Both the position numbers and the translations under genes were made by a program. Positions 12,201-26,207 of a stretch of 64,000 nt of DNA are shown in pieces. Position 1 is the stretch's first letter, and each line of letters opens with the position of its first letter. The DNA is taken from assembly GCF_006345805.1 (NCBI RefSeq), contig NC_042998.1:134478001-134542000 (forward strand), in the 5' to 3' direction. This DNA comes from Octopus sinensis (Eukaryota). The notes below the pieces were generated by a model. That model was not told where the DNA came from, ran no database searches, and was given only the letters and a program-made list of their open reading frames with translations.

Positions 12201-15200
12201 AAGAGACGGGCCTACAGTTCCAGTCTGTTATATATTTTGAGTATTGTTATCACTAGTGATATCAAGATATAACTTTGTATTTTGTATTTTATGCATAAAT
12301 GTATATATATAGATGTACATGTAATATGTACACATATATACATGCACTAGCACTATGACCCGGCAATGACGGGTCATAATGCTAGTTTTTATATAAAAGT
12401 CACACTGGGTTTGACTTGTATGCTGTTTCTGTTGTTTGTTTATATATCATCATAATCATTTAATGTCCGTTCTCCTTGCTGGCATGGGTTATATATCATC
12501 ATAATTGTCATCATCATCACCATGTGTTAGGCGGTTTGACAGAGAGCTGCACTACACCTCAGTCTGTTTTAGCTTGGTTTCTATGGCAGGATGTCCTTCC
12601 TAACACCAATCACTCTACAGAGTGTACTGGAGGTCCTTTACATTTCACCAGCACAGGTACGTTTTACACGTCACCAGACAGGTGCCTTGTGTGTGTCACC
12701 AACATGGGTGCCTTTCATGTGTCACCAGCACTAGCCACAACCACAATTTCACTTAACGTAAAGTATCTTCTCAAGCAGAGCAGATCACCACAAGTCTGTC
12801 ACTTGTCATTGTCTCAATTAGACTCAATATCCAAAGATCACATTTCATCACCTCATCTCACGTCTTCCTGGGTCTACCTCTTCCACAGGTTCCCCACCAC
12901 AATTAGAGATCATTTCTTCTTTATGCAGCTATCCTTGTCCATACACATCACATGACCATACCAACGCAGTCTTCTCTCTTGCACACTACATCTGATACCC
13001 AATTTTTCTCTTAAGACACACTCTGTTCTATGTTGACAGAGCACATCCAGTGGTGCATTTTAGCTTCATTTCTTTCAAGCCATCACTTGTCCTCTGCAGC
13101 CAAAACCCACATTTCACTGCTATGTAGCATGGCTGTTTACTCACAAGTATCATATGATCTGCCTTTCACTTTGAGGGTGAAGCCCTTTGTGACCAACAAA
13201 GGTAGAAACTCTCAGAACTTTGGGCATGGTATTTCGTGTGCTAATTTAAAGGAGCAGAAACTAATAGAAGAAAGGAATCAGAAAAGAATGTATGTGTGAT
13301 ATAGAGGGCAACATCATCATAATTGTCATGAGTTTGACATCCATCTTTTTCATGCTTGCTTGGGTTAGACAATTCATTGTGGCAGATTTTCAATGCTTGG
13401 ACAGCCTTCCTATCACCTTTTCTACTATAGACACAAGGCCTGAAATTTGGCAAGAGGGGCCCAGTCAATTAGATTGACCCCCAGTACGAAACTGGTACTT
13501 TATTTATCAACCCTGAAAGGATGAAAGGCAAAGTGAACCTTGGTGGAATTTGAACTCAGAACATAAAGACAGACAAAATACCTGAGATTATCACATAATC
13601 TGCCTTTCCGTCTGAGGGAGAAGCCCTTTGGGCATAGTATTTCGTATGCTAGTTTAAGGGAGTAAAAACTAGTAGAAGAAAGGAATCAGAAAACAATGTT
13701 GGAGGCAACATCATCTAATTTTGACATCCATCTTTTCCTGCTAGCTTAGGTCAGACAATTCATTGTGGCAGATTTTCAATGCTTGGCTAGCCTTCCTATC
13801 ACCAACTTTCACCTGTTTCCAGAAAAGTTAATATTTTATCTTGGTCAGATATTTTCACTGCAAACTGGAACTGAATAACACCACTTGCAAGGCAGTCACA
13901 CTCATTTACAACTATGGTGCAATGCCAAAACAAAGAGATACATACGTAATAGTTGACTCGGTAGAATTTGAACTCAGAACATAAAGATGGACAAAATGTT
14001 GCAGAGCATTTTGCCTGGCATGCTAACAATTCTTCCAGCTTGCTGTCCTAGCTTAAATACTCAATATTGTCTAAAAAAATATTCAGTTGTTGGCTAAGCA
14101 GTTGAATTTGAAACATAGAATTCTGCATAAATTTGTTATTTCAAATTGTTATTTATAATAGAGAGAGATTTTCATATTTTACCATTTAAGATATCACATG
14201 CATTTGAATAATAACTCACAATAAAAATAACACCAAGGTATTCCAGGTGTGACAATTTAATCAATATACAGGTTTCATACAATGCACCATTCACTCTGTC
14301 TTTTACATACGTGCATGTATATATATATACATACATATATATATGTGTATCTGCACAGGAGCCAGTCCAGCAGCACTAGCAACAACCTCGCTTGAATGTT
14401 TTTTTCACATGCCACCAGCACAAGTGCCAGTAAGGTGACGCAAGTAACGATCACACTCGAATAGTGTTTCTTTACAAGCCATTGGCACGGAGGCCAGCTT
14501 GTTGCTCTGGCAACAATCAGGCTTGTATGGTACTCTTAGCGCTCCACTAGCACAGATACCAGTCATCAAATTTGATTTCGAGGAAATCGAAATCATATTC
14601 GATGACTGGCATTTATGCTAGTGGAACACTAAGAGTACCATACAAGCATGATATATATATATATTAGAAGGTTTGGAGATGATGTACAGGCATTTTATAT
14701 TAGAAGAAATGAGGTACTCAGAAATTCGGATGGTTTTATATTTACAGATATTTATTTGTATATTACATGTTTTTATACATCATATAACTTATATCATATA
14801 TATATATATATATGCATGCATGCACACACTCACACATACGTACACACAAACACATATTAAGCAGAGGGAGAGAGAGAGTTCAGAAGATAGACAAGTAGAG
14901 AGGGAGCACATAATCTAAATGAATTAACAGGAAAAGAATCCAGAATCAGTTTTTGTTTTTTTTAAGTAGATATACAATTCAAGTATCTTATTTGCAGTAA
15001 TTGGTGCTTTGTGGTCGCCCATACTAGCTTCACAGAAGTTTTTAGTGCAGCTATGGGCACCAGCAATACAGTGTGTGTGTGGTTATCCTAGTGAATATAT
15101 CATACCATTTACTCTATTTTTCAGCATACGAGTTACATATATAGTGTATACAAGCAGAGATACCCGGCAAGATACCTTGCTTGGGATTAAGACAGCATAG

Positions 15201-16870
15201 TTTTTTACTATTTTACTTGTTTCAGTCATGGGACTGTGGCCATGCTGGAGCACCACCATTGGTTGAACAAATCGACCACAGGATTTATTCTTTGTAAGCC
15301 TACTATTTATTCTAACAGTGTCTTTTGCCACACTAAGTTATGGAAATGTAAACGCAGCAACATCAGTTGTCAAAAAATGGGGTACAAACACACACACACA
15401 CACACACAAAATATACGCATATATACGACAGTCTTCTTTCAGTTTCCATGTACAAAATCCACTCACAAGGCTTTTGTCGGCCTGAGGCTTTAATATGTAT
15501 ATGTATATCCACATATATATATAACATTCCACTGGCACGAGTGCCAATCAGGCGGTACTGTTGTTGGCCACATCAGCAATTTAGATTTTGATTTCACTTG
15601 CCTCACTCGGTCTTCACAAGCAAGGTTTATTGTCCAATGAATGAGGGATATATATATAATAATAATAATATTAGGGAGTAAATCCAAACTTACAGGGGAA
15701 AATTAGATTTAAGATTAAATCCAATTTACAGTATAAATATAAATTAAATTAGAGATAAAACCACTATTAGGCAAATCAAACAGGGAAAAACATAAACCAA
15801 AACATAGAAATAAAATTAATTAATATAATATACAAAATATATAAAATATAAAAATCAAAATTTAAATTTAAAATTAGTAATTTATATTTATAAATTTTAA
15901 TATATATATATATATTTGTATTTATTTATTTTTTATTAAATATATATAACTATCAAAAAGTATTAAAAAGTTTAATATAAGATAAAAAGTAAAACCACTA
16001 CGATTGTTTCATGCCCATAACCTAATTCGAATAACAATAATTTAAATTTAATTAATAATTCGAATTATGGTTATAGTCAATCTTCAGGTTAATGATAATA
16101 GTTAAATAAATAATCAAATATATTTAAACAATATTTTTTTAAGAAATAAATAAAATAATAATTTTTCTTATAAAAAACTCTATTATCAAACTAGAAACTT
16201 TAATGATTATGATTATGTCATACAATCGATTATAATGTTAAATATTAATTTTTAAGGTAAGAATAGATAGAAAATGTATTTATCTATTCAGATATAATAT
16301 GGCTTTAAAAAAACATAATAAACTCACAAATAATCTAATCTCAGTCATATATCTAATTACCTAAATGTTTAATAATCAAAAAAAATAATTATATAATATT
16401 TGAATAATAACTAAATTATCAATGAATATATATAAATGTATATAAATATAAGAATTAGGATCTAAACTTATCTCTATCAATAAATATATATGCACGTATA
16501 ATAAAAACCTAATAAATTAATTATTCATTATTACTTATGAAATATATTAAAAATTAAAAGATTAAAGATGAAAAAGCAAATTGTAAACAAACAAACTATC
16601 TTAAAAGAACCCTATAACTAATTAACAATCCATATATCTCGTTGGCTAATTAATAACTTACAAAAACCGTATTGTTAAGAACTAAAATGAAATAATGAAA
16701 TACATATCTTCAACAGCTAAATACTTATACAATGAAATTATCAATCCGTAGTTATATAGTATCCAATAAATACTACGAATATATTATATTAATTAATTTT
16801 ATTTCTATGTTTTGGTTTATGTTTTTCACTGTTTGATTTGCCTAATTGTGGTTTTATCTCTAATTTAATT

Positions 16871-16904
<34 letters not shown>

Positions 16905-17178
16905 CATGTTGAATCGCTAGCTTTTGCACGCATTTTTTTCTCTCCTTGTTTCTCTCCGTGTTTCTTTTCTGTGTATCTTTCTGTTGAAGAGCGTAGGCTC
17001 GAAACGTAAAAGACTTGTTTTATTTATATTCCTGAGCGCCATACTAATACAATTGTTTGTTTGTACTCCACCTGCCTTCGTCTTTTGTTTATTTTCATAA
17101 AGCTTCCCGTTATATATATATATATATATACACACACACATATATATATATACATATATAACACATGTACATATATTT

Positions 17179-17216
<38 letters not shown>

Positions 17217-19917
17217 ATGTATATATATATATATATATTATATATATATATATATATCCCTCATTCATTGGACATTAAACCTTGCTTGTGAAGACCGAGT
17301 GAGGTAAGTGAAATCAAAATCAAAATTGCTGACGTGGCCGACAACAGTACCACCTGATTGGCACTCATGCCAGTGGAACGTTAAAACACATCCAAACGTG
17401 GGGTGTAACTAGCCCACTTATGAGTACCCCTCAGTCATTGGACAATGAACTTTGCTTGCGAAGACCTATTAAGGCAAGTGTAAACAAATCAAAATTACTG
17501 ACGTGGCCGATGACAGTACTGCCTGATTGGCACTCATGCCAGTTGAACATTAAAAGAAGCATATCCAAGCGTGATTGTTGCCAGTGCCATGGATTTGCTC
17601 CCGTGCCAGTGATATGTGAAAAGCATCATTCAAGCGTGATCGTTGCTAACGTTACCTTACTGGCACATGTGCCGGTGGCATGTGAAAAACAACTTTCGAG
17701 TGTGGTCATTGCCACTACTGCCAGAGTGGCTCCCATGCAGGTAGTAAAAACACCTTTTGAGTGTGGTTATTGCCGGAACCACCTGACTGACCCTCATGCT
17801 GGTGGCAAGCACCCACTACACTCTCGGACTGGTTGTCATTAGGAAGGGCATCCAGCTGTAGAAACTTTTACAGATCAGATTGAGCCTGATGCAGCCTTCT
17901 GGCTCATCAGTCCTCAGTCAAACCATCCAACCCATGCCAGCATGGAAAGAGGACATTAAACGATGATGATGATGATGATGATATATATATATATATATAT
18001 ATAAAATATATATATATGTGCTTATACATATACATATATATGTATACATACATATCCATACATAAACATGAATAGATATACATACATACATATATATATA
18101 CATACATATATATGTGTGTGTGTATGTGTGTGTATATATATGTATATATGTGTATATATATGCATGTATATGTATGCATATATATATACATACCTAGCCA
18201 AAGATAAACCTCTGTACCTGGCTTTCGTTGACATGGAGAAAACCTTTGACAGGGTCCCCGAATCCCTTATCTGGTGGTCAATGAGGAAACTAGGGATAGA
18301 TGAATGGTTAGTGAGAGCTGTGCGAGCCATGTACAGGGATGCTGTTAGTAAGGTGAGGGTTGGCAACGAGTACAGTGAAGAATTCCGGGTAGAGGTTGGG
18401 GTCCACCAAGGTTCAGTTCTCAGCCCCCTCCTATTTATCATAGTCCTCCAGGCAATAACGGAGGAATTCAAGACAAGATGCCCTTGGGAGCTCCTCTATG
18501 CTGATGACCTTGCTCTAATTGCTGAGTCACTATCAGAACTGGAGGAAAAGTTTCAGGTGTGGAAGAAAGGATTAGAATCGAAGGGCCTTAGAGTCAACCT
18601 AGCTAAAACCAAAGTTCTAATAAGTAGGAAGGTAGACAAATCACAAACGCCTTCAGGTAGATGGCCCTGCTCGATCTGTAGAAATGGCGTAAGTAGAAAC
18701 TCTATAAGATGCACCAAGTGTAAGCTATGGACACATATGAGGTGCAGCAATGTCAAAGGAAGGCTAACTAGGAAGATAGTTTTTGTATGTAGCAGATGCT
18801 GAGGAGCAATAAACACTGAAAATACGCAGAGACCATCTTCCACCACATTCCAGGGAGAAAAACTAAAAATAGTTGATAGCTTCCGTTACCTAGGTGACCA
18901 AGTCAGTAGCGGGGGCGGGTGTGCTGAAAGTGTAACTGCTAGAGTAAGAATAGCCTGGGCAAAGTTCAGAGAGCTCTTACCTCTGCTGGTGACAAAAGGC
19001 CTCTCGCTCAGAGTAAAAGGCAGATTGTATGATGCATGTGAACGAACAGCCATGCTACATGGCAGTGAAACATGGGCCCAGACTGCTGAGGATATGCGTA
19101 AGCTCACAAGAAATGAAGCCAGTATGCTCCGATGGATGTGTAATGTCAGGGTTCATACTCGACAGAGTGTAAGTACCTTGAGAGAAAAGTTGGACCTAAG
19201 AAGCATCAGTTGTGGTGTGCAAGAGAGACGTTTGTGCTGGTATGGTCATGTGGCGAGAATGGCTGAAGATAGTTGTGTGAAAAAGTGCCACACCCTAGCC
19301 GTTGAGGGAACCTGTAGAAGAGGTAGACCCAGGAAAACCTGGGATGAGGTGGTGAAGCATGACCTCGAATTTAGGTCTCACCGAGGAAATGACTTGAGAC
19401 CGAGATCTTTGGAAGTATGCTGTGCGTGAGAAGACCCGGCAGGACAAGTGAGGCCATAACCCGTGGCCTCTACCTGGGATGTAGCCAGTCCACTTATGCA
19501 TTCCTTTCCTTCTTGGGACACAAAACTTTACTTGTGAAGACATGTTGAGGCAAGTGAAAATCAAAATTGTAATCGATCAACATCAATGGAATTTGTAGCT
19601 GTGATACCAGTGCCGGTGGCACGTAAGAGAACCATCCGAACGTGGCCGTAGCCAGTGTCACCCTGACTGGCCTTCGTGCCGGTGGCACGTAAAAAGCACC
19701 CACTACACTCACGGAGTGGTTGGCATTAGGAAAGGCATCCAGCTGTAGAAACACTGCCAGATCAGACTGGGCCTGGTGCAGCCTTCTGGCTTCCCAGACC
19801 CCAGTTGAACCGTCCAACCCATGCTAGCATGGAAAGCGGACGTTAAACGATGATGATGATGATATACATATATATGTATATGTATATAGATATATATATA
19901 TATAATATATATATAGA

Positions 19918-19954
<37 letters not shown>

Positions 19955-19955
19955 A

Positions 19956-20002
<47 letters not shown>

Positions 20003-20009
20003 TATTGTA

Positions 20010-20044
<35 letters not shown>

Positions 20045-20178
20045 GATATATATATTATATTATATATCATATATATTGTATATATATTAGATATATATAA
20101 TGTATATATATATATACATATATATTGTAGATAGATATATATAGATATATATATATTAGATTATTATACTATATATTG

Positions 20179-20216
<38 letters not shown>

Positions 20217-20483
20217 CATATATAGTGTTATATATATATTTATATTAGATATATATATATATATATATACATATATATTGTATATATATATATATATAAT
20301 ATATATATAGATATATATAGATACATATATCTATATATATACATATATATATATATATACACATAGATTGTATATATATTACATATATATATATTATATA
20401 CATATATATTGTAGATAATAGATATATATACAATAATATATTGTATATATATACATATATATTGTTGTATTATATACATATAT

Positions 20484-20525
<42 letters not shown>

Positions 20526-20603
20526 TATTGTATATATATATATACTATATATTGTATATATACATAGATATATATTATATATACATATATTTGTATAATT
20601 ATA

Positions 20604-20649
<46 letters not shown>

Positions 20650-23600
20650 ATTATATATATAATATATATTATATATATGTAATATATATAATATTATATA
20701 TATATTGTTATATATATATATATATATATATATTGTATATATATATATATATATACATATATATTTATATATTATATATATATATATTATAATATATATT
20801 GTATATATATTGTATATATATATATATATAGATATATATATATATATATAGAACATATATATTGTATATATATTATATATATAATATATATATATATATA
20901 ATATATATATATATAATAATAAATATTAGGGAATAAATCCAAATTTACAGGGAAAAAATCAGATTTAGGATTAAATCCAATTTTATAGTAAAATATTATA
21001 AAATATTATTAGAGACAAAATCACTATTTTGCAAAACAAACAAGGAAAGACTTAATCAATACATAAAATTTTAATAAATAGTCAAAAAAAACCGCCACTA
21101 CAATTGTTTCTTGTCTTGATCGACAATCTTCAGGTGGACTTCCAACTAAAATATCAATATTTTAAATATAAAAATAATAATTTTAAAATAATTAAGTATG
21201 AATGAAAAAATATAAATATATAATCATATATAACCTATATATAATCTATATATAATCATATAAAACAATATATAAACTAAAATAAACCTATCAACATTAA
21301 ATATAAAATATAAAAAATATAAAATATAAAATATAAAACAAAAACAAAAATAATAATAATATAATAATAAACTATATAACACCCATACACATATACCTAA
21401 TTATATATAACCATATCTAACTACATACACTAAATCACACCCCTATATATATATCCCTATACATACACATAAAAACGTCTAGGCAACTATAAATAAATAA
21501 AATAGCTAAATACTTCAACACAAATACTTATTCATACTCCCACACACACACATACAACCCACATTCACGCTCTAGAAAAAAAGAAAACGGACTCACTAAA
21601 ATTATGAACGGAGAAATGGAATAAATGGAATTAAAAATTATATTCACTTGGTTAAAACGAACACTACTTAAAAATTATGAATGAAACAATGCGATAAACA
21701 ACAGACATCGCAAATAGACACAAATTACTACGAATTCCTTAACAAACCTATCATGATAAACCAAAACTCATAAAAACATATAATGATAAAATCTCCCATA
21801 CTAAACTCTATAAACATACCTATATAGCAATCCCCCTAACCTAAACATTCACACACAAATACACACACGTAAACCACACACCCACGACATATACAAATAC
21901 CCACCACTTAACCATACCTATACATACATATAAACCTCAACATATACTCCAAAAACCCACTCAACCCCACACAGACAAATAAACACAAAAATTATGAATG
22001 GATTCTTTTATAAAACTACCATGATAAGCTAAAACTCACAAAAACATAAATGATAAAACCTCCCTTTACTAAAACATAAACATATTATATAGCAATCCCT
22101 TTAACCTATACATTCACACACAAATACACACACGTAAACACACACCCATAACAAATACAAACACCCACCCCACTCACACACACCCACAAGTACATATAAG
22201 CCTCAACATATACACCAAACAAATTACTTTACCAAGGAACTTAACATATGTATAAAAAGTATAACCGCTCTGGAAACGAACATCTTTTAAAATAATGAAT
22301 GGAGAAATGGAATAAATGGAATTAAAAATAATATTCACGTGGCAAAACGAACACCACTCAAAAATTATGAATGAAACAATGTAATAAAACAACCAACATC
22401 GAAAATAGACAAATTACCACGAATTCCCTTAAAAAAAACCATGATAAACCAAAACTCTTAAAAACATATAACGATAAAATCTCCTTTGCTAAACTCTATA
22501 ACAAACCTATATAGCAATCCCCCTAACCTAAACATTCACACACAAAAAACACACACGTAAACCACAGACCCACGACTTATACACATACCTATACTAACTT
22601 ATAAACCTCAAATACACCAAAAACCCACTCCCTCCCCACACAGACAAATTAAACACATACATCCCAAAACCTAAAAAAACAAACCCATATACACATTCAC
22701 ACACAAACACACACACACGCAAAACACACAACACAACAGATACATATACTCCCTCACATATACGCATATACATACTCACTAAATCGATATATACAACAAT
22801 ATTTACACACCCACACTCATACAGATAAATAAATATACAACTAAAAACTCACACACAATCTCATACATAAACACTCCAATAAAAACAACATTAAATACAT
22901 CGTAATTAACCAGAATATCAAAAATAACAATATGACATAAGGAGAAATAAAATACATACTTACAAGTCAGTTTCAAATTATGAAGTGAAATTAAATTCTT
23001 AGCCGTTAAAAAAACCAAACCAAAATTACGTTACCATAGAAATATAACTTATGTAAAAAAAAAAAAAAAAGAATACGCGCCATGGAAAGTAAACGTCATT
23101 TAAAATTATGAATGGAGAAATAGAATAAATGGAACTAAAAACTATATCCACGTGGCAAACCAACACTACTTAAACAAAATTTATTATGAATGGATTCTTT
23201 AATAAAACTACCATAATAAATTATTATATACAATTATGAGCTTTAGCTCATCTTAGCAGCTCTAACAAACAATAAAGAATCCATTCATATAAATTTTGTT
23301 TAAGTAGTGTTGGTTGCCACGTGGATATAGTTTTTAGTTCCATTTATTCTATTTCTCCATTCATAATTTTAAATGACGTTTACTTTCCATGGCGCGTATT
23401 CTTTTTTTTTTTTTTTACATAAGTTATATTTCTATGGTAACGTAATTTTGGTTTGGTTTTTTTAACGGCTAAGATTTAATTTCACTTCATAATTTGAAAC
23501 TGACTTGTAAGTATGTATTTTATTTCTCTTATGTCATATTGTTATTTTTGATATTCTGGTTAATTACGATGTATTTAATGTTGTTTTTATTGGAGTGTTT

Positions 23601-25458
23601 ATGTATATGAGATTGTGTGTGAGTTTTTAGTTGTATAATTTATTTATCTGTATGAGTGTGGTGTGTAAATATTGTTGTATATATCGAGTTTAGTGAGTAT
23701 GTATATGCGTATATGTGAGGGAGTATATGTATCTGTTGTGTGTGTGTGTTTTGCGTGTGTGTGTGTTTGTGTGTGAATGTGTATATGGGTTTGTTTTTTA
23801 GGTTTTGGGATGTATGTGTTAATTTGTCTGTGTGGGGAGGGAGTGGGTTTTTGGTGTATATTGAGGTTTATAAGTTAGTATAGGTATGTGTATAAGTCGT
23901 GGGTCTGTGGTTTACGTGTGTGTTTTTTGTGTGTGAATGTTTAGGTTAGGGGGATTGCTATATAGGTTTGTTATAGAGTTTAGCAAAGGGAGATTTTATC
24001 GTTATATGTTTTTAAGAGTTTTGGTTTATCATGGTTTTTTTTAGGGAATTCGTGGTAATTTGTCTATTTTCGATGTTGGTTGTTTTATTACATTGTTTCA
24101 TTCATAATTTTTGAGTGGTGTTCGTTTTGCCACGTGAATATTATTTTTAATTCCATTTATTCCATTTCTCCATTCATTATTTTAAAAGATGTTCGTTTCC
24201 AGAGCGGTTATACTTTTTATACATATGTTAAGTTCCTTGGTAAAGTAATTTTGTTTGGTGTATGTTGAGGCTTATATGTACTTGTGGGTGTGTGTGAGTG
24301 GGGTGGGTGTTTGTATTTGTTATGGGTGTGGTTTACGTGGTGTGTATTTGTGTGTGAATGTATAGGTTAAAGGGATTGCTATATAAGTATGTTATAGTGT
24401 TTAGTAAAGGGAGGTTTTATCATTTATGTTTGTGAGTTTTAGCTTATCATGGTAGTTTTATAAAAGAATCCATTCATAATTTTTGTGTTTATTTGTCTGT
24501 GTGGGGTTGAGTGGGTTTTTGGAGTATATGTTGAGGTTTATATGTATGTATAGGTATGTGTAAGTGGTGTGGGTTTGTATATGTGTGGTGGTGTGTGTTT
24601 ACGTGTGTGTATTTGTGTGTGAATGTTTAGGTTAGGGGGATTGCTATATAGGTATGTTATAGAGTTTAGTAATGGGAGATTTTATCATTATATGTTTTTA
24701 TGAGTTTTGGTTTATCATGATAGGTTTGTTAAGGAATTCGTAGTAATTTGTGTCTATTTGCGATGTCGTTGTTGTTTTATCGCATTGTTTCATTCATAAT
24801 TTTTAAGTAGTGTTCGTTTTACCAAGTGAATATAATTTTTTAATTCCATTTATTCCATTTCTCCGTTCATAATTTTAAGTGATGTCCGTTTTCTAGAGCG
24901 TGAATGTGGGTTGTATGTGTGTGTGTGTGGGAGTATGAATAAGTATTGTGTTGAAGTATTTAGCTATTTTATTTATTTATAGTTGCCTAGACGTTTTTAT
25001 GTGTATGTATAGGGATAATATATAGGGGTGTGATTTAGTGTATGTAGTTAGATATGGTTATATATAATTAGGTATATGTGTATGGGTGTATATATAGGTA
25101 TTATTATATATTATTATTTTTTGTTTTGTTTTATATTTTATATTTTATATTTATATTTTATATTTAATTGTTGATAGGTTTATTTTAGTTATATATTGTT
25201 TATATATTGATTATATATGGATTATATATAGGTTATATATGGATTATATATTATATTTTTTCATTCATACTTTATTATTTTAAAATTATTATTTTTATAT
25301 TTTAAAATATTGATATTTTAGATTGGAAGTCCACCTGAAGATTGTCGATCAAGACAAGAAACAATTGTAGTGGCGGTTTTTTTGACTATTTATTAAAATT
25401 TTATGTATGATTAAGTCTTTCCTTGTTTGTTTGCAAAATAGTGGTTTTGTCTCTAATA

Positions 25459-25528
<70 letters not shown>

Positions 25529-25942
25529 GCATATATATATATTATATATATATATACACTTGCGTCAGAAATTAATTAGCACTTCTCAAATTTCTACATT
25601 AAATAGGTTAAATCAATTAACCTATGAGCTGTTCAAAACGTCTTACGCGATGAGAAAACTTAGTATGGTGTGATTTCGGTCCTTGCGAGGCGCTACCTAT
25701 ATCTATTAAACAAAGGAAGTTTGTCTGCATCCGCACTCCAAGTTGTTGTTGCACTGCTATGTCAAATCATAAGGCTGTAGACTCTCAAACTGCTCTGCAA
25801 ACAAAGTTACGTCATCGTTCTGCGCAACAGTAAACTCGCAACAAAGCAATAGTTCGAGATATGGCCACTAGGTGACAGCACATACCTTGAGTGAAGAGCA
25901 AATCAAGGGTTGCTAATTAATTTCTGACGGTAGTGTACATGC

Positions 25943-26016
<74 letters not shown>

Positions 26017-26046
26017 GCATATATTATATATATTATATATATATTT

Positions 26047-26081
<35 letters not shown>

Positions 26082-26112
26082 TATATAATATATATATATA
26101 TATTACACATGC

Positions 26113-26207
<95 letters not shown>

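Larger units (their letters stand above)
20915..25468. mobile_element. Penelope-like non-coding fold-back element B: ~4.5-kb palindrome (arms ~20997-23200 and ~23274-25468, ~70-nt spacer) with an ~80-nt unpaired end
   Basis: The A/C-rich left arm is the reverse complement of the G/T-rich right arm along its whole length. Internal tandem modules recur (AATGGAGAAATGGAATAAATGGAA at ~21607, ~22297, ~23110). A hammerhead motif lies near the outer end of each arm. Confidence 0.85.

Noticed and set aside
19709-20856. YI/IY-rich ORFs (also at 2579, 16917-17291, 17907-18191, 25973-26311, 35781-36344 and others)
   Set aside because: They are translations of (TA)n/(CA)n microsatellites, not genes.
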